Positions 17,527 to 28,308 of a DNA stretch of 64,000 bases are shown in pieces; positions within the stretch are counted from its first letter, which is position 1; each line of letters opens with the position of its first letter. The stretch covers positions 233 to 64,232 of the forward strand of contig CAYXPA010000007.1 in assembly GCA_964466945.1 (NCBI GenBank). The letters run 5' to 3'. Below the pieces are notes generated by a model, which was not told the origin of the DNA, did no database searches, and was given only the letters and a program-made list of their open reading frames with translations. This DNA comes from an uncultured Verrucomicrobiota bacterium (GTDB lineage: Bacteria > Verrucomicrobiota > Verrucomicrobiia > Limisphaerales > J093). Both the position numbers and the translations under genes were made by a program.

Positions 17527-19245
17527 ATGAGTCCGAACACCTCCTTGCTCCAATCCCAACCTGCTGTGTACGCCGCTCCGAACCGGTTTGGGCGCCGCTC
17601 GGGCGTGGCATCCCGGCCGCTGTCCAGCGCAGCGCGCGCACGCGGGCTGCTGGTGCTGGCCCTGAGCGGCGCGTGCCTGCTCGCAGGCGCCGCCGAGGCC
17701 AAACGCTCCGACCGCAACCAGTTTGTGCCGGACTGGAGCAAATTCGAGGCGCCGCCTTACCTGAACACGCCGGACCAACCCACGCCCGGCCCGGCTCCTG
17801 AACCGGAACCGCCGGCGCCGCCGCCTCCCGGCCCCGAGTCCCACGTCGCGGACAAAAAGTTGTACAGCTTCGCCGCGGACAACCTGGAGCTCAAGGCCGC
17901 CCTGGCCATGTTCGCCCGGGCCAATGACCTGAACATCGTGCCGGACAATGATGTCACCGGCACGGTCACGCTGGACGTACGCGGCCTGCCGTTGGACCAG
18001 ATGATGCGCGCCCTGCTCGAAGCGCACGACTGCACCTGGAGCGAGCAAGACGGCCTGATCCGCGTGCGCACCACCGAGACGCGGCTCTTCAAGGTGGATT
18101 ACCTGCGCCTGAGCCGCACCGGCCAGGGCCAGAGCTCGGCCATGCTGGCCGCGGGCAGCACCGGTGGCGGCATGGGTGGCGGGATGGGCGGTGGCATGGG
18201 TGGCGGCATGGGCGGCGGCATGGGCGGCGGCGGTGGCATGGGTGGCGGCATGGGCGGTGGCATGGGCGGGATGGGTGGCGGCATGGGCGGCGGTGGTGGC
18301 GGTGGCGGTTCGTCCATCAGCCTCACGGCGGACAACCCGGTGGATTTCTGGAAGGAACTCAAGGACGAACTGGGCGTACTGCTTACCGAGAAGGGCAAGA
18401 ACTCGATCGCCATCAACATGACCGCCGGGCTGATCCAGATCACTGACCGGCCCTCGGCGTTGCGCCGGGTCGAAGACTACCTGCAGGGCCTGCGGCAGAC
18501 CGTCCAGCGCCAGGTGGAAATCGAGGCCAACATCTACGACGTAACCCTCAACGACAACTTCCAGTTTGGCATTGACTGGGCGCGGGTCATGGAATCGGCC
18601 AGCCAACGATTCACTTATGGCAGCTCCACTCTCCCTGAGGTCATCGGCGGCGGAAGCCTGGGCGAATCCTCCCTCACCCTGAACTACCTGAGCGTGCCCC
18701 ACGGCACCCGCGTGGTGGTGGACGCGCTCCGCCTGCAAGGCGCGGTGGAAATCATTTCCAAACCGCGCATCCGTGCCCTGAACAACCAGACCGCGCTGAT
18801 CAAGGTGGGCACCGAAACGCCGTTTTTCGCGCAAACTTCCTCCTTTATGCAAAACGCCGGCGGCACGACCCAAACCCAGGGCGACCAGATCATGATGATC
18901 ACCGTGGGCGCCATTCTGGCCATCACGCCCCAAATCTCCGAAGACGGCCAGATCGCCCTGGACATCTCGCCCGTGTTGACCAGCCTCGTCGGCACCGAGC
19001 GGTCTCCCAGCGGCACGGCCACGGCGCCGATCCTCGACACCAAGCAGGCCTCGACCATGGTCCGGGTGCCCAGCGGCACCACCGTGGTCCTGGGCGGACT
19101 CATCCAGACCGAACGGGCTCGCAACAAACGCAAGGTACCGGTGGTCAGCGACATTCCCGGCCTGGGCGCGCTGTTCACCGGCCACTACGACGCCAAGCGC
19201 AAAAAGGAACTCGTCATCTTCCTGACACCACGATTGATCAACTAA
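17527..19245 (+). CDS. Outer-membrane secretin (MshL-like) with (GGGM)n loop
   Basis: STN-like N domain (LNIVPDNDVTGTVTL), N3 domain, RQVEIEANIYDV, SKPRIRALNNQTALIKVG, VPSGTTVVLGGLI, IPGLGALF, KELVIFLTPRLI. Confidence 0.92.
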   Translation: MSPNTSLLQSQPAVYAAPNRFGRRSGVASRPLSSAARARGLLVLALSGACLLAGAAEAKRSDRNQFVPDWSKFEAPPYLNTPDQPTPGPAPEPEPPAPPPPGPESHVADKKLYSFAADNLELKAALAMFARANDLNIVPDNDVTGTVTLDVRGLPLDQMMRALLEAHDCTWSEQDGLIRVRTTETRLFKVDYLRLSRTGQGQSSAMLAAGSTGGGMGGGMGGGMGGGMGGGMGGGGGMGGGMGGGMGGMGGGMGGGGGGGGSSISLTADNPVDFWKELKDELGVLLTEKGKNSIAINMTAGLIQITDRPSALRRVEDYLQGLRQTVQRQVEIEANIYDVTLNDNFQFGIDWARVMESASQRFTYGSSTLPEVIGGGSLGESSLTLNYLSVPHGTRVVVDALRLQGAVEIISKPRIRALNNQTALIKVGTETPFFAQTSSFMQNAGGTTQTQGDQIMMITVGAILAITPQISEDGQIALDISPVLTSLVGTERSPSGTATAPILDTKQASTMVRVPSGTTVVLGGLIQTERARNKRKVPVVSDIPGLGALFTGHYDAKRKKELVIFLTPRLIN

Positions 19246-19309
19246 CCCCGGTCGTTTGGCCGGGCGCCTCGTCGCAGGCGCCGGCCGGCGGCCCCAACCC
19301 CAAAACGCC

Positions 19310-20551
19310 ATGAAACTCAACCCCCTCACCATCCCCGCCCACGCGTGCGTGCTGGGCGCCCTGTGGCTGGCCACCCTGCCCGGCCGGAGCGAGGACTACG
19401 ATCAGTGGACCCTCCTGCAACCCTACGACCTGGGCGGGTGGAACCGCACCGTGTCCACGCCGGTGGCCAACGCCAGCCTCAATTCCTTCCTGCCCGAAAA
19501 CAGCGGCGAGTACGTGGCCGTGTGGGACCTCGAGGACGGCACGGCCCTGGTCGAACGCAGCAACATGGGCGGCCAGCAAGCCTGGGCCTGGAGCCCACCT
19601 CTGCCCAAACCTGACCCCCAGGAAACCACGCGCGCGGTCATCGCCGGTCCCACGCATCTGCTCTGGGCCAGTTCCCTGCGCTGGTATTATCTGAACCTTA
19701 CCAACGGCACGGTCGCCCGCAGCGGGACCTGGTCGTTGCCCTACCTGGATGCCACGCGGGTGGTGCCGCAAAACGACCTGCTCTACGTGATTTACCAGCC
19801 CGACAACCAGCTCGTTGCCTCCGTGTACAACACCAACATGGAGTCCCTGGGGACTCTTCAACTCTCCTGGCCCGAAGGTTTCTGGCGCGCCTACGCCGGC
19901 ACCTGGATGGTGGACCTGAGCCAGCGCACCACCCGCCGCCTGCGGGCCGCCCGGTTGGGGCCGAACCTGTCCGTCCTGGGCGTCACTCAGGTGGAATTCC
20001 AGCACACCCGCGAGGGCGGTTACCTCGAGCATGTGGTCCTGGGCGCAAACACCAACGGCCTGTTCCTGGCCTCGACCCTGATCTGGCCGGAGACCGCCAC
20101 GACCTACTTCACCTACCTCAACGCCGAGGGCAACGTCGCCTTCCAGCACCGGCTCACCGCCAACCAGATGATCACCGGCGCGGCCGTCCTCCCGGATGGC
20201 TGGGTCCTGAGCGCGCAATTCCTGGGCGAGCCGACCTCCCGGCACACGCTCTACCGGGTGGACACCTACGGCCGCCCGCACTGGCAGGTGCAATTTGCGG
20301 CCGACCCCACCCAGCAAAACGTCATCGTCAATACCACCCCGCCCCGCCTGCTGCGCTTCAACAACGCCACGCCCTTTGAACTGCGCGAGGTCACTCCCGT
20401 GAACTGGTGGAGCGTGTGGGATCGCCTGCTGTGGTACGGACCCTGGCACGGCGTCGAGCTGTTCTGGCACGGCGCCGCCTTCGACATCTCGGGCATTTGC
20501 GGCGACACGAACTACTTCTGGCGCGAGCCGGTCCGCCCGAACAACACCTGA
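19310..20551 (+). CDS. Secreted hypothetical protein (413 aa), last gene of the pilus cluster
   Basis: Signal-peptide-like N terminus, Trp/Tyr/Thr-rich beta-type sequence, GC-biased codon usage; no family recognised. Confidence 0.7.
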   Translation: MKLNPLTIPAHACVLGALWLATLPGRSEDYDQWTLLQPYDLGGWNRTVSTPVANASLNSFLPENSGEYVAVWDLEDGTALVERSNMGGQQAWAWSPPLPKPDPQETTRAVIAGPTHLLWASSLRWYYLNLTNGTVARSGTWSLPYLDATRVVPQNDLLYVIYQPDNQLVASVYNTNMESLGTLQLSWPEGFWRAYAGTWMVDLSQRTTRRLRAARLGPNLSVLGVTQVEFQHTREGGYLEHVVLGANTNGLFLASTLIWPETATTYFTYLNAEGNVAFQHRLTANQMITGAAVLPDGWVLSAQFLGEPTSRHTLYRVDTYGRPHWQVQFAADPTQQNVIVNTTPPRLLRFNNATPFELREVTPVNWWSVWDRLLWYGPWHGVELFWHGAAFDISGICGDTNYFWREPVRPNNT

Positions 20552-20619
20552 GCCGCAACTCGGTGCCGGGCGCTGGGCGGCGCGGCCCCCAGGCCGTCCT
20601 CGGCGGCCACCGGCACTGC

Positions 20620-21230
20620 TTTTTAATGGGTGGAACGGCCTACCAGGCCATCGCCGGCGGCAACTTGCCGCCGGCCCCGGAGCGCAGGTTTCCCACCTGC
20701 CGTATCGCCGACTTCCAGTCGGCCCCGGCGTGCGGTTCGCCCGGCCCCGGCGGGTTGGAAACCCGCGTTACAGCAGACCAGAGGTCTGCGCTACGCCAGC
20801 ACTCATCGCCGCCTCCCAAGCGCCGCCTTCGGGCCTCCGGTATCCGGCATCTGGCCTCCGGCCTCCGTCTTTTGGCGCCTCGCTTCTGACTTCTCGCTTC
20901 TGACTTCTGATAGGGTAGGGCGCCGCTGCGCCGGCGCCGCCCGCCCGGCCGCGCCGCAGCGCGGCCCTACCGCCCGCCGGCCCACCGGTATCGGGCCTCC
21001 GGCCTCCGGGCTCCGGCCTCCGTCTTTTGGCACCTCGCTTCTGACTTCTCGCTTCTGACTTCTGATAGGGTAGGGCGCCGCTGCGCCGGCGCCGCCTGCC
21101 CGGCCGCGCCGCAGCGCGGCCCTACCGACCGCCGGCCCACCGGTATCGGGCCTCCGGCATCCGGCATCTGGCATCCGGCATCTGCCCCCAGCCCCGCCAG
21201 CCGGCGCACTCCCCCCACTCCGCCCCCCGC
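20620..21230. repeat. Composite REP array with ~155-bp internal duplication and heptamer runs
   Basis: GGGTGG module, TTCCAGTC/TTGGAAAC module, and (CTGACTT)n-GTAGGGCGCC doublet repeated at 20881 and 21036. Confidence 0.85.
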
Positions 21231-21284
21231 GCCGACGGCGCCTTTTGCCTCGCCGCGGCCGCCCCGAGCTGGCAGGCTCCGGCC

Positions 21285-22388
21285 ATGCTCAAAGCCGGTA
21301 TCGTGGGGCTGCCGAACGTGGGCAAGTCCACCCTGTTCAACGCCCTGACCCGCTCCCACAAGGCCGCCGCCGAGAACTACCCCTTTTGCACCATCGAGCC
21401 GAATTTGGGCGTGGTGACCGTGCCGGACCCGCGCCTGGACGCGCTGGCCGCGGTGGTCAAGGCGCCGCAGCGCATCCCCGCCACGATCGAGTTTGTGGAC
21501 ATCGCCGGCCTGGTGCGCGGCGCCTCCCGGGGCGAGGGCCTGGGCAACCAGTTCCTCAGCCACATCCGCGAGGTGGACGCCCTCGTCCACGTGGTGCGCT
21601 GCTTCGAGGACCCGGACATCCACCACGTGACCGGCCAGCCCGACCCCGTGCGCGACATCGAGATCGTCAACACCGAACTGATCCTGGCCGACCTCGAGAC
21701 GGTGCGCCGGCGGCTCGAGCGCGTGGTCAAGGACGCCAAACGCGGCGACAAGCACGCCCAGCTCGAGCTCCATTGCTTGGAACGCCTGGAACCGCACCTC
21801 AACGCCGGCCAGCCCGCTCACCTGCTCCCGTTCACCGGCGAGGAGCAGACCGTGGTGCGCGGCCTGGGCCTGGTCACCAGTCACCCCACCCTCTACGTGG
21901 CCAACATCAAGGAGGCCGACCTGCCCCGGCCCGAGGCCAACCCGCACGTGCTCTGGGTACGCAAGTACGCCCAGGTCCACCAGGCTTGCGACACCGTGGT
22001 GGTGTGCGCCCAACTCGAAAGCGACCTGGCCGACCTGGCGCCCGACGAAGCCGCACAGTACCTGGCCGAACTGGGCGTGTCCGAAAGCGGCACCGCCGCG
22101 TTGATCCGCGCCACCTATCGCCTGCTGGGCCTGCGCACGTTTTTCACCTTCAACGAAAATGAGGTGCGCGCCTGGACCGTGCCGGCCGGCACCCCGGCGG
22201 CCCGGGCGGCCGGGCGCATCCACACCGACCTCGAGCGCGGGTTCATCAAGGCCGAGCGGGTCCACTGGGAGGCGCTGGTACAATGCGGCTCGGTCGCCCG
22301 CGCCCGCGAGCTGGGCCATTACTCCCACGAAGGTCGCGACTACGAAGTGCGCGACGGCGACGTGCTGCTGTTCAAGTTCCACGTCTGA
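21285..22388 (+). CDS. ychF: Redox-regulated ATPase YchF (Obg family)
   Basis: GIVGLPNVGKSTLFNALT, ENYPFCTIEP, DIAGLVRGASRGEGLGNQFL, TGS domain GRIHTDLERGFI. Confidence 0.96.
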   Translation: MLKAGIVGLPNVGKSTLFNALTRSHKAAAENYPFCTIEPNLGVVTVPDPRLDALAAVVKAPQRIPATIEFVDIAGLVRGASRGEGLGNQFLSHIREVDALVHVVRCFEDPDIHHVTGQPDPVRDIEIVNTELILADLETVRRRLERVVKDAKRGDKHAQLELHCLERLEPHLNAGQPAHLLPFTGEEQTVVRGLGLVTSHPTLYVANIKEADLPRPEANPHVLWVRKYAQVHQACDTVVVCAQLESDLADLAPDEAAQYLAELGVSESGTAALIRATYRLLGLRTFFTFNENEVRAWTVPAGTPAARAAGRIHTDLERGFIKAERVHWEALVQCGSVARARELGHYSHEGRDYEVRDGDVLLFKFHV

Positions 22389-22710
22389 GCCGACGGACCT
22401 CGGCTGCCACGGGCCTGCTTCCGCCCCCGGCACCCACCTCCGTCATCCGGCAACTGGCATCCGGCATCTGGCATCTGGTATCCGGCATCCGGTATCCGGC
22501 ATCTGGCATCCGGCATCCGGCATCCCCCTTCTCCCTCCTCACTCCCCGCTTCTGACTTCTGATTCGGTAGGGCGCCGCTGCGTCGGCGCCGTCCACCCGG
22601 CCGCGCCGCAGCGCGGCCCTACCACGCGCCTGCGTTTGGAGTGCGGCCGCTTGCTGCCGCTTTTTTTGTACCGTGCGGTACGGCCAACCTGGCCGTCCTC
22701 GGCCTGCCTG
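22388..22710. repeat. Composite REP array
   Basis: AGCCGAC..TCGGCTGCCAC hairpin at the ychF stop, (GGCATCC)n heptamers, GTAGGG doublet, TTTGGAGTGCGG module. Confidence 0.82.
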
Positions 22711-22738
22711 CCGTTTGTGGCGCACACGCTGCCAGCTT

Positions 22739-23224
22739 TTACCCGCAATGGCTGCCCGCTTGACCGCGGCGCCGATAATGCAGAATCGAAAATTCCGGCG
22801 TCTCCCGCAACCGGGCCACCAACTCGAAGTCCGCCTCGAACGGCGGAAAAAACGCATCGCCCGCCACCTCGCGCCGGACCAGCGTCAGGTACAACTCGCG
22901 GCATCGCGGCAGGGCCAGGGCGTACACCTGGGCGCCCCCGCAAACAAACACCGGCTCGGGCAACGCCAGGTCCGCCAGCGCCTCGAGCGATCCCACCGTC
23001 CGCACTCCGGGGAACTCGAAGCCGGCGCGGCTCAGCACCACCGTGGTGCGCCCCGGCAGGGGCCGGCCGATGGACTCGAAGGTCCGGCGGCCCATGACCA
23101 GCGTGCCGCCCCAGGTCACCTGCTTGAACCAACGGAAGTCTTCGGGCAGATGCCACGGAATCCGGCCCCCGGCGCCGATGACCCGGTTCAGCGACATCGC
23201 GGCAATGGCCCGGAGCGAGGTCAT
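22739..23224 (-). CDS. folA: Dihydrofolate reductase
   Basis: IAAMSLNRVIG, IPWHLPEDFRWFK, MGRRTFESIGRPLPGR, CGGAQVY, GDAFFP. Confidence 0.95.
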   Translation of the reverse strand: MTSLRAIAAMSLNRVIGAGGRIPWHLPEDFRWFKQVTWGGTLVMGRRTFESIGRPLPGRTTVVLSRAGFEFPGVRTVGSLEALADLALPEPVFVCGGAQVYALALPRCRELYLTLVRREVAGDAFFPPFEADFELVARLRETPEFSILHYRRRGQAGSHCG

Positions 23225-24342
23225 GGGCGGACCAGTTGGGCGCCCTTGGGCGAGTGCAAGGGCCGGGGGCGCGCGCGGTCCAGCAGCGCGCGGGCCTCGC
23301 GCACCAGACGCTCCCATTGAAAGGCCGGCCCCGGGTCCACCTTGTTGCGCTGTACGTGCCAATGGCCCAGGAGGCCCGTGAAGCGCGCCAGTTCATCCTC
23401 CGGCAATTGGCGCGGCACCACCGTCCCTTCGGGAGTACGCGGATAATCGCAACGCAGCCGCGGGAAGACCCGGCACAGCGTCGCGGTCAAGTGCGCCAGC
23501 GCCCGGTATTGCTCCGGGGTGAAGTCGTATTGCACCAACTCGACATCCTGCACCCGGCCGCGCACCGGCTCCGGCCGCGCGGGCCGACCCACAAACCCCG
23601 GCGTGCGCACCCCGCCGTCGCCGAAGCGCGGCGGAATGGTGAGGCGCGGACCGCGCGCGTCCCGGCCGTACCACTCGGCCAGCGGACCTGCCTTGTCGGG
23701 CGGGTACGCGCCGATGTGGGCGATTTCGATGCCCACCGAGCGGGTGTTGGCCGTCGTGGCGTGCCAGGCGCGCTCCTTCAGGTCGAGTGTCTGGTAAATC
23801 GTGCCGTCCACGTCCAGGAGGAAATGGACGCTCAAACCGCGCCGGTCGTGGAGCACCTCGAAGCACCGCCGGCTGGTGCCGCAGGCGTCGAAGTGGATCA
23901 CGAACTGGTCCACCAGATTCGTGAGCGCGGCCAACTCCCAGCCGCCGCCGCGGAACCGCTCGAGTTGCTCGGGCGTAAGCGGCTCGCTGCACAGCCCGTA
24001 GCGGTTGGGCGTCTCGAGGGCCTTCACCTCGCGCCGGGAAATTTCCCACGCGGCGTTGGTCCAGGGGCTGAACCGACGCTCGACCCGGTAGGCGTCGTAG
24101 CCGCCGGGGTCCAGCCAGGTGACCACCGGCGTGCCGGTGTGGAAGAAACGACCGGCCACGATGATTTCGTCGCCGGCGCGCGCGACGGGTCGGCCGGGCG
24201 GGGCGGGAGTGCGGCAGGCGCCCAGCAGCAACGCCGCCAGGCTCGTCTGTGCCAGCCCCGCGCGGCGACACGTCCGGACGGGGAGTGGTTCGGTGAATGC
24301 GGCGCAACGCACGGCGCCAGTCAAACAAATGGCACGCCGCAC
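23221..24342 (-). CDS. N-acetylmuramoyl-L-alanine amidase (Amidase_2), probable lipoprotein; start uncertain
   Basis: [39 protein letters not shown] zinc-amidase motifs; LLGA-C lipobox. Confidence 0.88.
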   Translation of the reverse strand: MRRAICLTGAVRCAAFTEPLPVRTCRRAGLAQTSLAALLLGACRTPAPPGRPVARAGDEIIVAGRFFHTGTPVVTWLDPGGYDAYRVERRFSPWTNAAWEISRREVKALETPNRYGLCSEPLTPEQLERFRGGGWELAALTNLVDQFVIHFDACGTSRRCFEVLHDRRGLSVHFLLDVDGTIYQTLDLKERAWHATTANTRSVGIEIAHIGAYPPDKAGPLAEWYGRDARGPRLTIPPRFGDGGVRTPGFVGRPARPEPVRGRVQDVELVQYDFTPEQYRALAHLTATLCRVFPRLRCDYPRTPEGTVVPRQLPEDELARFTGLLGHWHVQRNKVDPGPAFQWERLVREARALLDRARPRPLHSPKGAQLVRP

Positions 24343-24369
24343 GGGAAGCCCGGCGGGACGGGCGGGGGA

Positions 24370-24650
24370 GAAGGCAGGGGTGAGGAGTCAGAAGTCAGAA
24401 GTCAAGAGTCGGAGGTCGGAGGTCGAAGGCTGGGGGTGGCGGATGAATGCTACGGGGTCATGGGGACCACAGGGGCGGGTGGGGCCGCGCGGCCGCGAGA
24501 GCGGCGCCGGCGCAGCGGCGCCCTACCGACTCAGAAGTGAGAAGCGAGGATGGAGGAGGGAGAAGGGGATGCCCGAGGCCGGATGCCGGATGCCCGATGC
24601 CGGATGCCAGATACCAGATACCAGATGCCGGATGCCGGGGGCGAAGCCCG
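24370..24650. repeat. Composite REP array
   Basis: (AGAAGTC)n, GCAGCGGCGCCCTAC half-doublet, (GGATGCC/AGATACC)n. Confidence 0.8.
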
Positions 24651-24709
24651 ATGCCGGCGCGACGTTGACGCGGCACCGACGCCCGTTACGCTGCCGCCAG
24701 CCGCCAGCC

Positions 24710-25738
24710 ATGCCTTCGCTCATTGACCTCCGCAGCGACACCGTCACGCAACCCACCCCCGCCATGCGCCGCGCGATGGCCGAGGCCGAGGTGGGCGATG
24801 ACGTGTTCGGCGACGACCCGACGGTGCAACGGCTCGAGGCGCGCGTGGCGGTGTTTCTCGGCAAGGAGGCCGCGCTGTTCGTGCCTTCCGGCACCATGGC
24901 CAACCAACTGGCCGTGCGCGTCCACACCCGGCCCGGGGACGAAATCCTGGTCGAGGCGCAGGCGCACCTCTACTACTACGAGGCCGGCGCTCCGGCGGCG
25001 CTCAGCGGCGTGATGTGCCGCTGCCTCGAGGGCCGGCGCGGGGTCTTCACCGCCGCGCAGGTGGAAATCGCGCTGCGCCCGCCCGATGTGCACTTCCCGC
25101 CCACCCGCCTGGTGTGCGTGGAAAACACCCACAACCGCGGCGGGGGAAAGGTCTGGCCGCTGGCAACGTTGCGCGAGGTGGCGGCGTGCGCCCGCCGTCA
25201 CGGCCTGGCGCTGCACCTGGATGGCGCGCGGCTCTGGAACGCAAGCGTGGCCAGCGGCGTGCCGGAGCGCGAGTACGCGGCGCTGTGCGACACGGTAAGC
25301 GTGTGTTTCTCGAAGGCCCTGGGCGCGCCGGTGGGTTCGGCACTGGCGGGCCCGGCGGAGTTCATCGGCGCGACGCGGCGGTTCCGCAAAATGTTCGGCG
25401 GCGGGATGCGGCAGGCGGGGGTGCTGGCGGCGGCGGCGCTGTACGCGCTGGAACATCACCGCGAGCGCCTGGCCGAGGACCACGCGCGGGCGCGACGCCT
25501 GGCCGAAGTACTGGCCGGGCTGCCGGGGGCGGCGATTGACCCCGCGGAGGTGGAGACCAACCTGGTCTATTTCCGCGTGACCCGCCGGCCGGCGGCGGAA
25601 GTGGTGGCCGCGCTCGCGGCCGAAGGCGTCCGCGTGTTGGCCAGCGGACCGGACACCGTGCGGGCGGTACCCAATCTGAACGTGACGGCGGCGGACTTCG
25701 AGCGCGCGCTGGAGGCGTTTCGCCGGGTGCTGGGCTGA
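24710..25738 (+). CDS. ltaE: Low-specificity L-threonine aldolase (PLP-dependent)
   Basis: [57 protein letters not shown]. Confidence 0.94.
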   Translation: MPSLIDLRSDTVTQPTPAMRRAMAEAEVGDDVFGDDPTVQRLEARVAVFLGKEAALFVPSGTMANQLAVRVHTRPGDEILVEAQAHLYYYEAGAPAALSGVMCRCLEGRRGVFTAAQVEIALRPPDVHFPPTRLVCVENTHNRGGGKVWPLATLREVAACARRHGLALHLDGARLWNASVASGVPEREYAALCDTVSVCFSKALGAPVGSALAGPAEFIGATRRFRKMFGGGMRQAGVLAAAALYALEHHRERLAEDHARARRLAEVLAGLPGAAIDPAEVETNLVYFRVTRRPAAEVVAALAAEGVRVLASGPDTVRAVPNLNVTAADFERALEAFRRVLG

Positions 25739-25759
25739 CGGGCGGTTCGGGCGGCGCCA

Positions 25760-26070
25760 GCCTCATGGCGCAACCGGCTGGGCTGCCGCGTCAGGGATTC
25801 GGAATCCGCCGAAGCGTAGCAGCGGACGTCCGTCCGCTCCAACCTCCTGCCGGCTCCCGGCGCTCGACTCCGGCCCGGAATTTTGGAGCCGACTGATGTC
25901 GGCTGCTACGGGTCTTCTTCCGACCGCAGCGCACACCTCCGATTTCCGGCATCTGGCATCAGGTATCTGGTATCCGGCATCCGGCATCCGAACCCGCCCC
26001 ACAGCGCCGGCAAGCCGGCCTGCCTGCGCCAAGCGAAGCGCGGCAGGCAGGCGCACGCCATACGCTTTGC
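25760..26070. repeat. Composite REP array including a GTAGCAGC family doublet
   Basis: GTAGCAGCGGACGTCCGTCCGCT ... AGCCGACTGATGTCGGCTGCTAC; heptamers at ~25945-25990. Confidence 0.8.
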
Positions 26071-26207
26071 GAGGCGGGGCCTCTGCGCCGGTGCCGCCGG
26101 TTCGTTGCTCATCGAGAGCCCTTCGTGTGGATTCGCGGTTGAACTGCGGTTTTTGGAATCCGGCCTTTGCCATTGAACCGCCCGCATCGCTTTGCCAAGG
26201 TCCGCCC

Positions 26208-26927
26208 ATGCCCGCCCACATCCGCATCAAGGACCTGCCCGAGGGCGAACGCCCCCGCGAACGCCTCCTCGCCAAGGGCGCCCAGGCGCTGGCAACCGAG
26301 GAGTTACTCGCCATCTTGCTGCGCACCGGCACGGCGGGGGTCTCGGCCCTGGACGCCGCGCGGCAAATGCTCACGCAGTTCGGCAGCCTCGACGCCCTGT
26401 CCCGCGCGCGGGTCGAGGACCTGGCCGCGGTCCGGGGCGTCGGGCGGGACAAGGCGCTGACCCTGAAGGCCGCCTTCACCCTGGCCCAGCGGCTGGCCCG
26501 GGAAGCCGCCCAAGCCGCGCCACTGCTGCAATCGCCCGAACAGGTGGCGGATTACCTGCGCGAGGATTGCCGGCAATACGAGGTGGAACATTTCCAGGTG
26601 CTGTTGCTCAACACCCGACGCCGCCTGATCCGCGTCGAGCCGGTGGCCATATCCCAAGGAACCTTGGACACCGTGCTGGTCCACCCGCGCGAAGTCTTCA
26701 AGGCCGCCATCGCCGCCAACGCCGCCGCCATCATCCTCGTCCACAACCACCCCAGCGGCGACCCCACCCCGAGCGACGCGGACCTCCGGGTGACCCGCGA
26801 CCTCGTCCAAGCCGGGCAGTTGCTCAAGATCGAGGTGCTCGACCACGTCATCCTCGGCCGTCGCACCGCCGAGCGGGACAAAGACTTCGTCTCGCTGCGC
26901 GAACTGGGCTGCTGGCCCGGCACTTGA
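26208..26927 (+). CDS. radC: RadC family JAB-domain protein
   Basis: ERPRERL, ELLAILLRTG, VHPREVFK, HNHPSGDPTPSDAD, VLDHVILG. Confidence 0.94.
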   Translation: MPAHIRIKDLPEGERPRERLLAKGAQALATEELLAILLRTGTAGVSALDAARQMLTQFGSLDALSRARVEDLAAVRGVGRDKALTLKAAFTLAQRLAREAAQAAPLLQSPEQVADYLREDCRQYEVEHFQVLLLNTRRRLIRVEPVAISQGTLDTVLVHPREVFKAAIAANAAAIILVHNHPSGDPTPSDADLRVTRDLVQAGQLLKIEVLDHVILGRRTAERDKDFVSLRELGCWPGT

Positions 26928-27029
26928 AGCGGAACGATGCGTCTTGCCGCGGGTGGAAGCACCGCTGGCCCGGGTCGGCGGAGCACCCGCCTGTCGCGGC
27001 GCGGCGAAATCGGTCGCACTTCCGGGTGC

Positions 27030-27130
27030 AGCGTCTTGGAAACCCGAAGTCGGCAGCAGGTTGCTGCCTGCCTACCCGCAAGCAGGCCGACCACGGCCAG
27101 GTTGGCAGCGCCTCTTGGCACCAACCTATT
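27030..27130. repeat. REP-like element (GGCAGCAGGTTGCTGCC / CAGGCCGACCACGGCCA family)
   Basis: Same motifs as at 42480-42545 and in the 5077-6480 array. Confidence 0.65.
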
Positions 27131-27375
27131 CGTTCCGGCTCAAACCGGCCTCCGCGGGGCTGGGACGCCAAGAACCTGAGGCGACGCAGCATGACCTGCG
27201 CCGGCTCGCCCGTCGCGCCACTCAGAATCCGGCCCCCTCCCCTGCAATCCGTCCCCGGCCGAGCCTCAACCGCCTCATTTCGGCTCTGGCAGAAGTGCTT
27301 TCCCAGGTCCCCGCTCCGGACCGCGCCTGCTTTTCCTCCGCTTGCGCCCGGCGGCGGGTCTGATTGACTGCCCGC

Positions 27376-28304
<929 letters not shown>

Positions 28305-28308
<4 letters not shown>

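Noticed and set aside
26208-26927. radC as a marker of a prophage or integrative element
   Set aside because: Full-length chromosomal type with N-terminal HhH region; no integrase, att site or phage genes nearby
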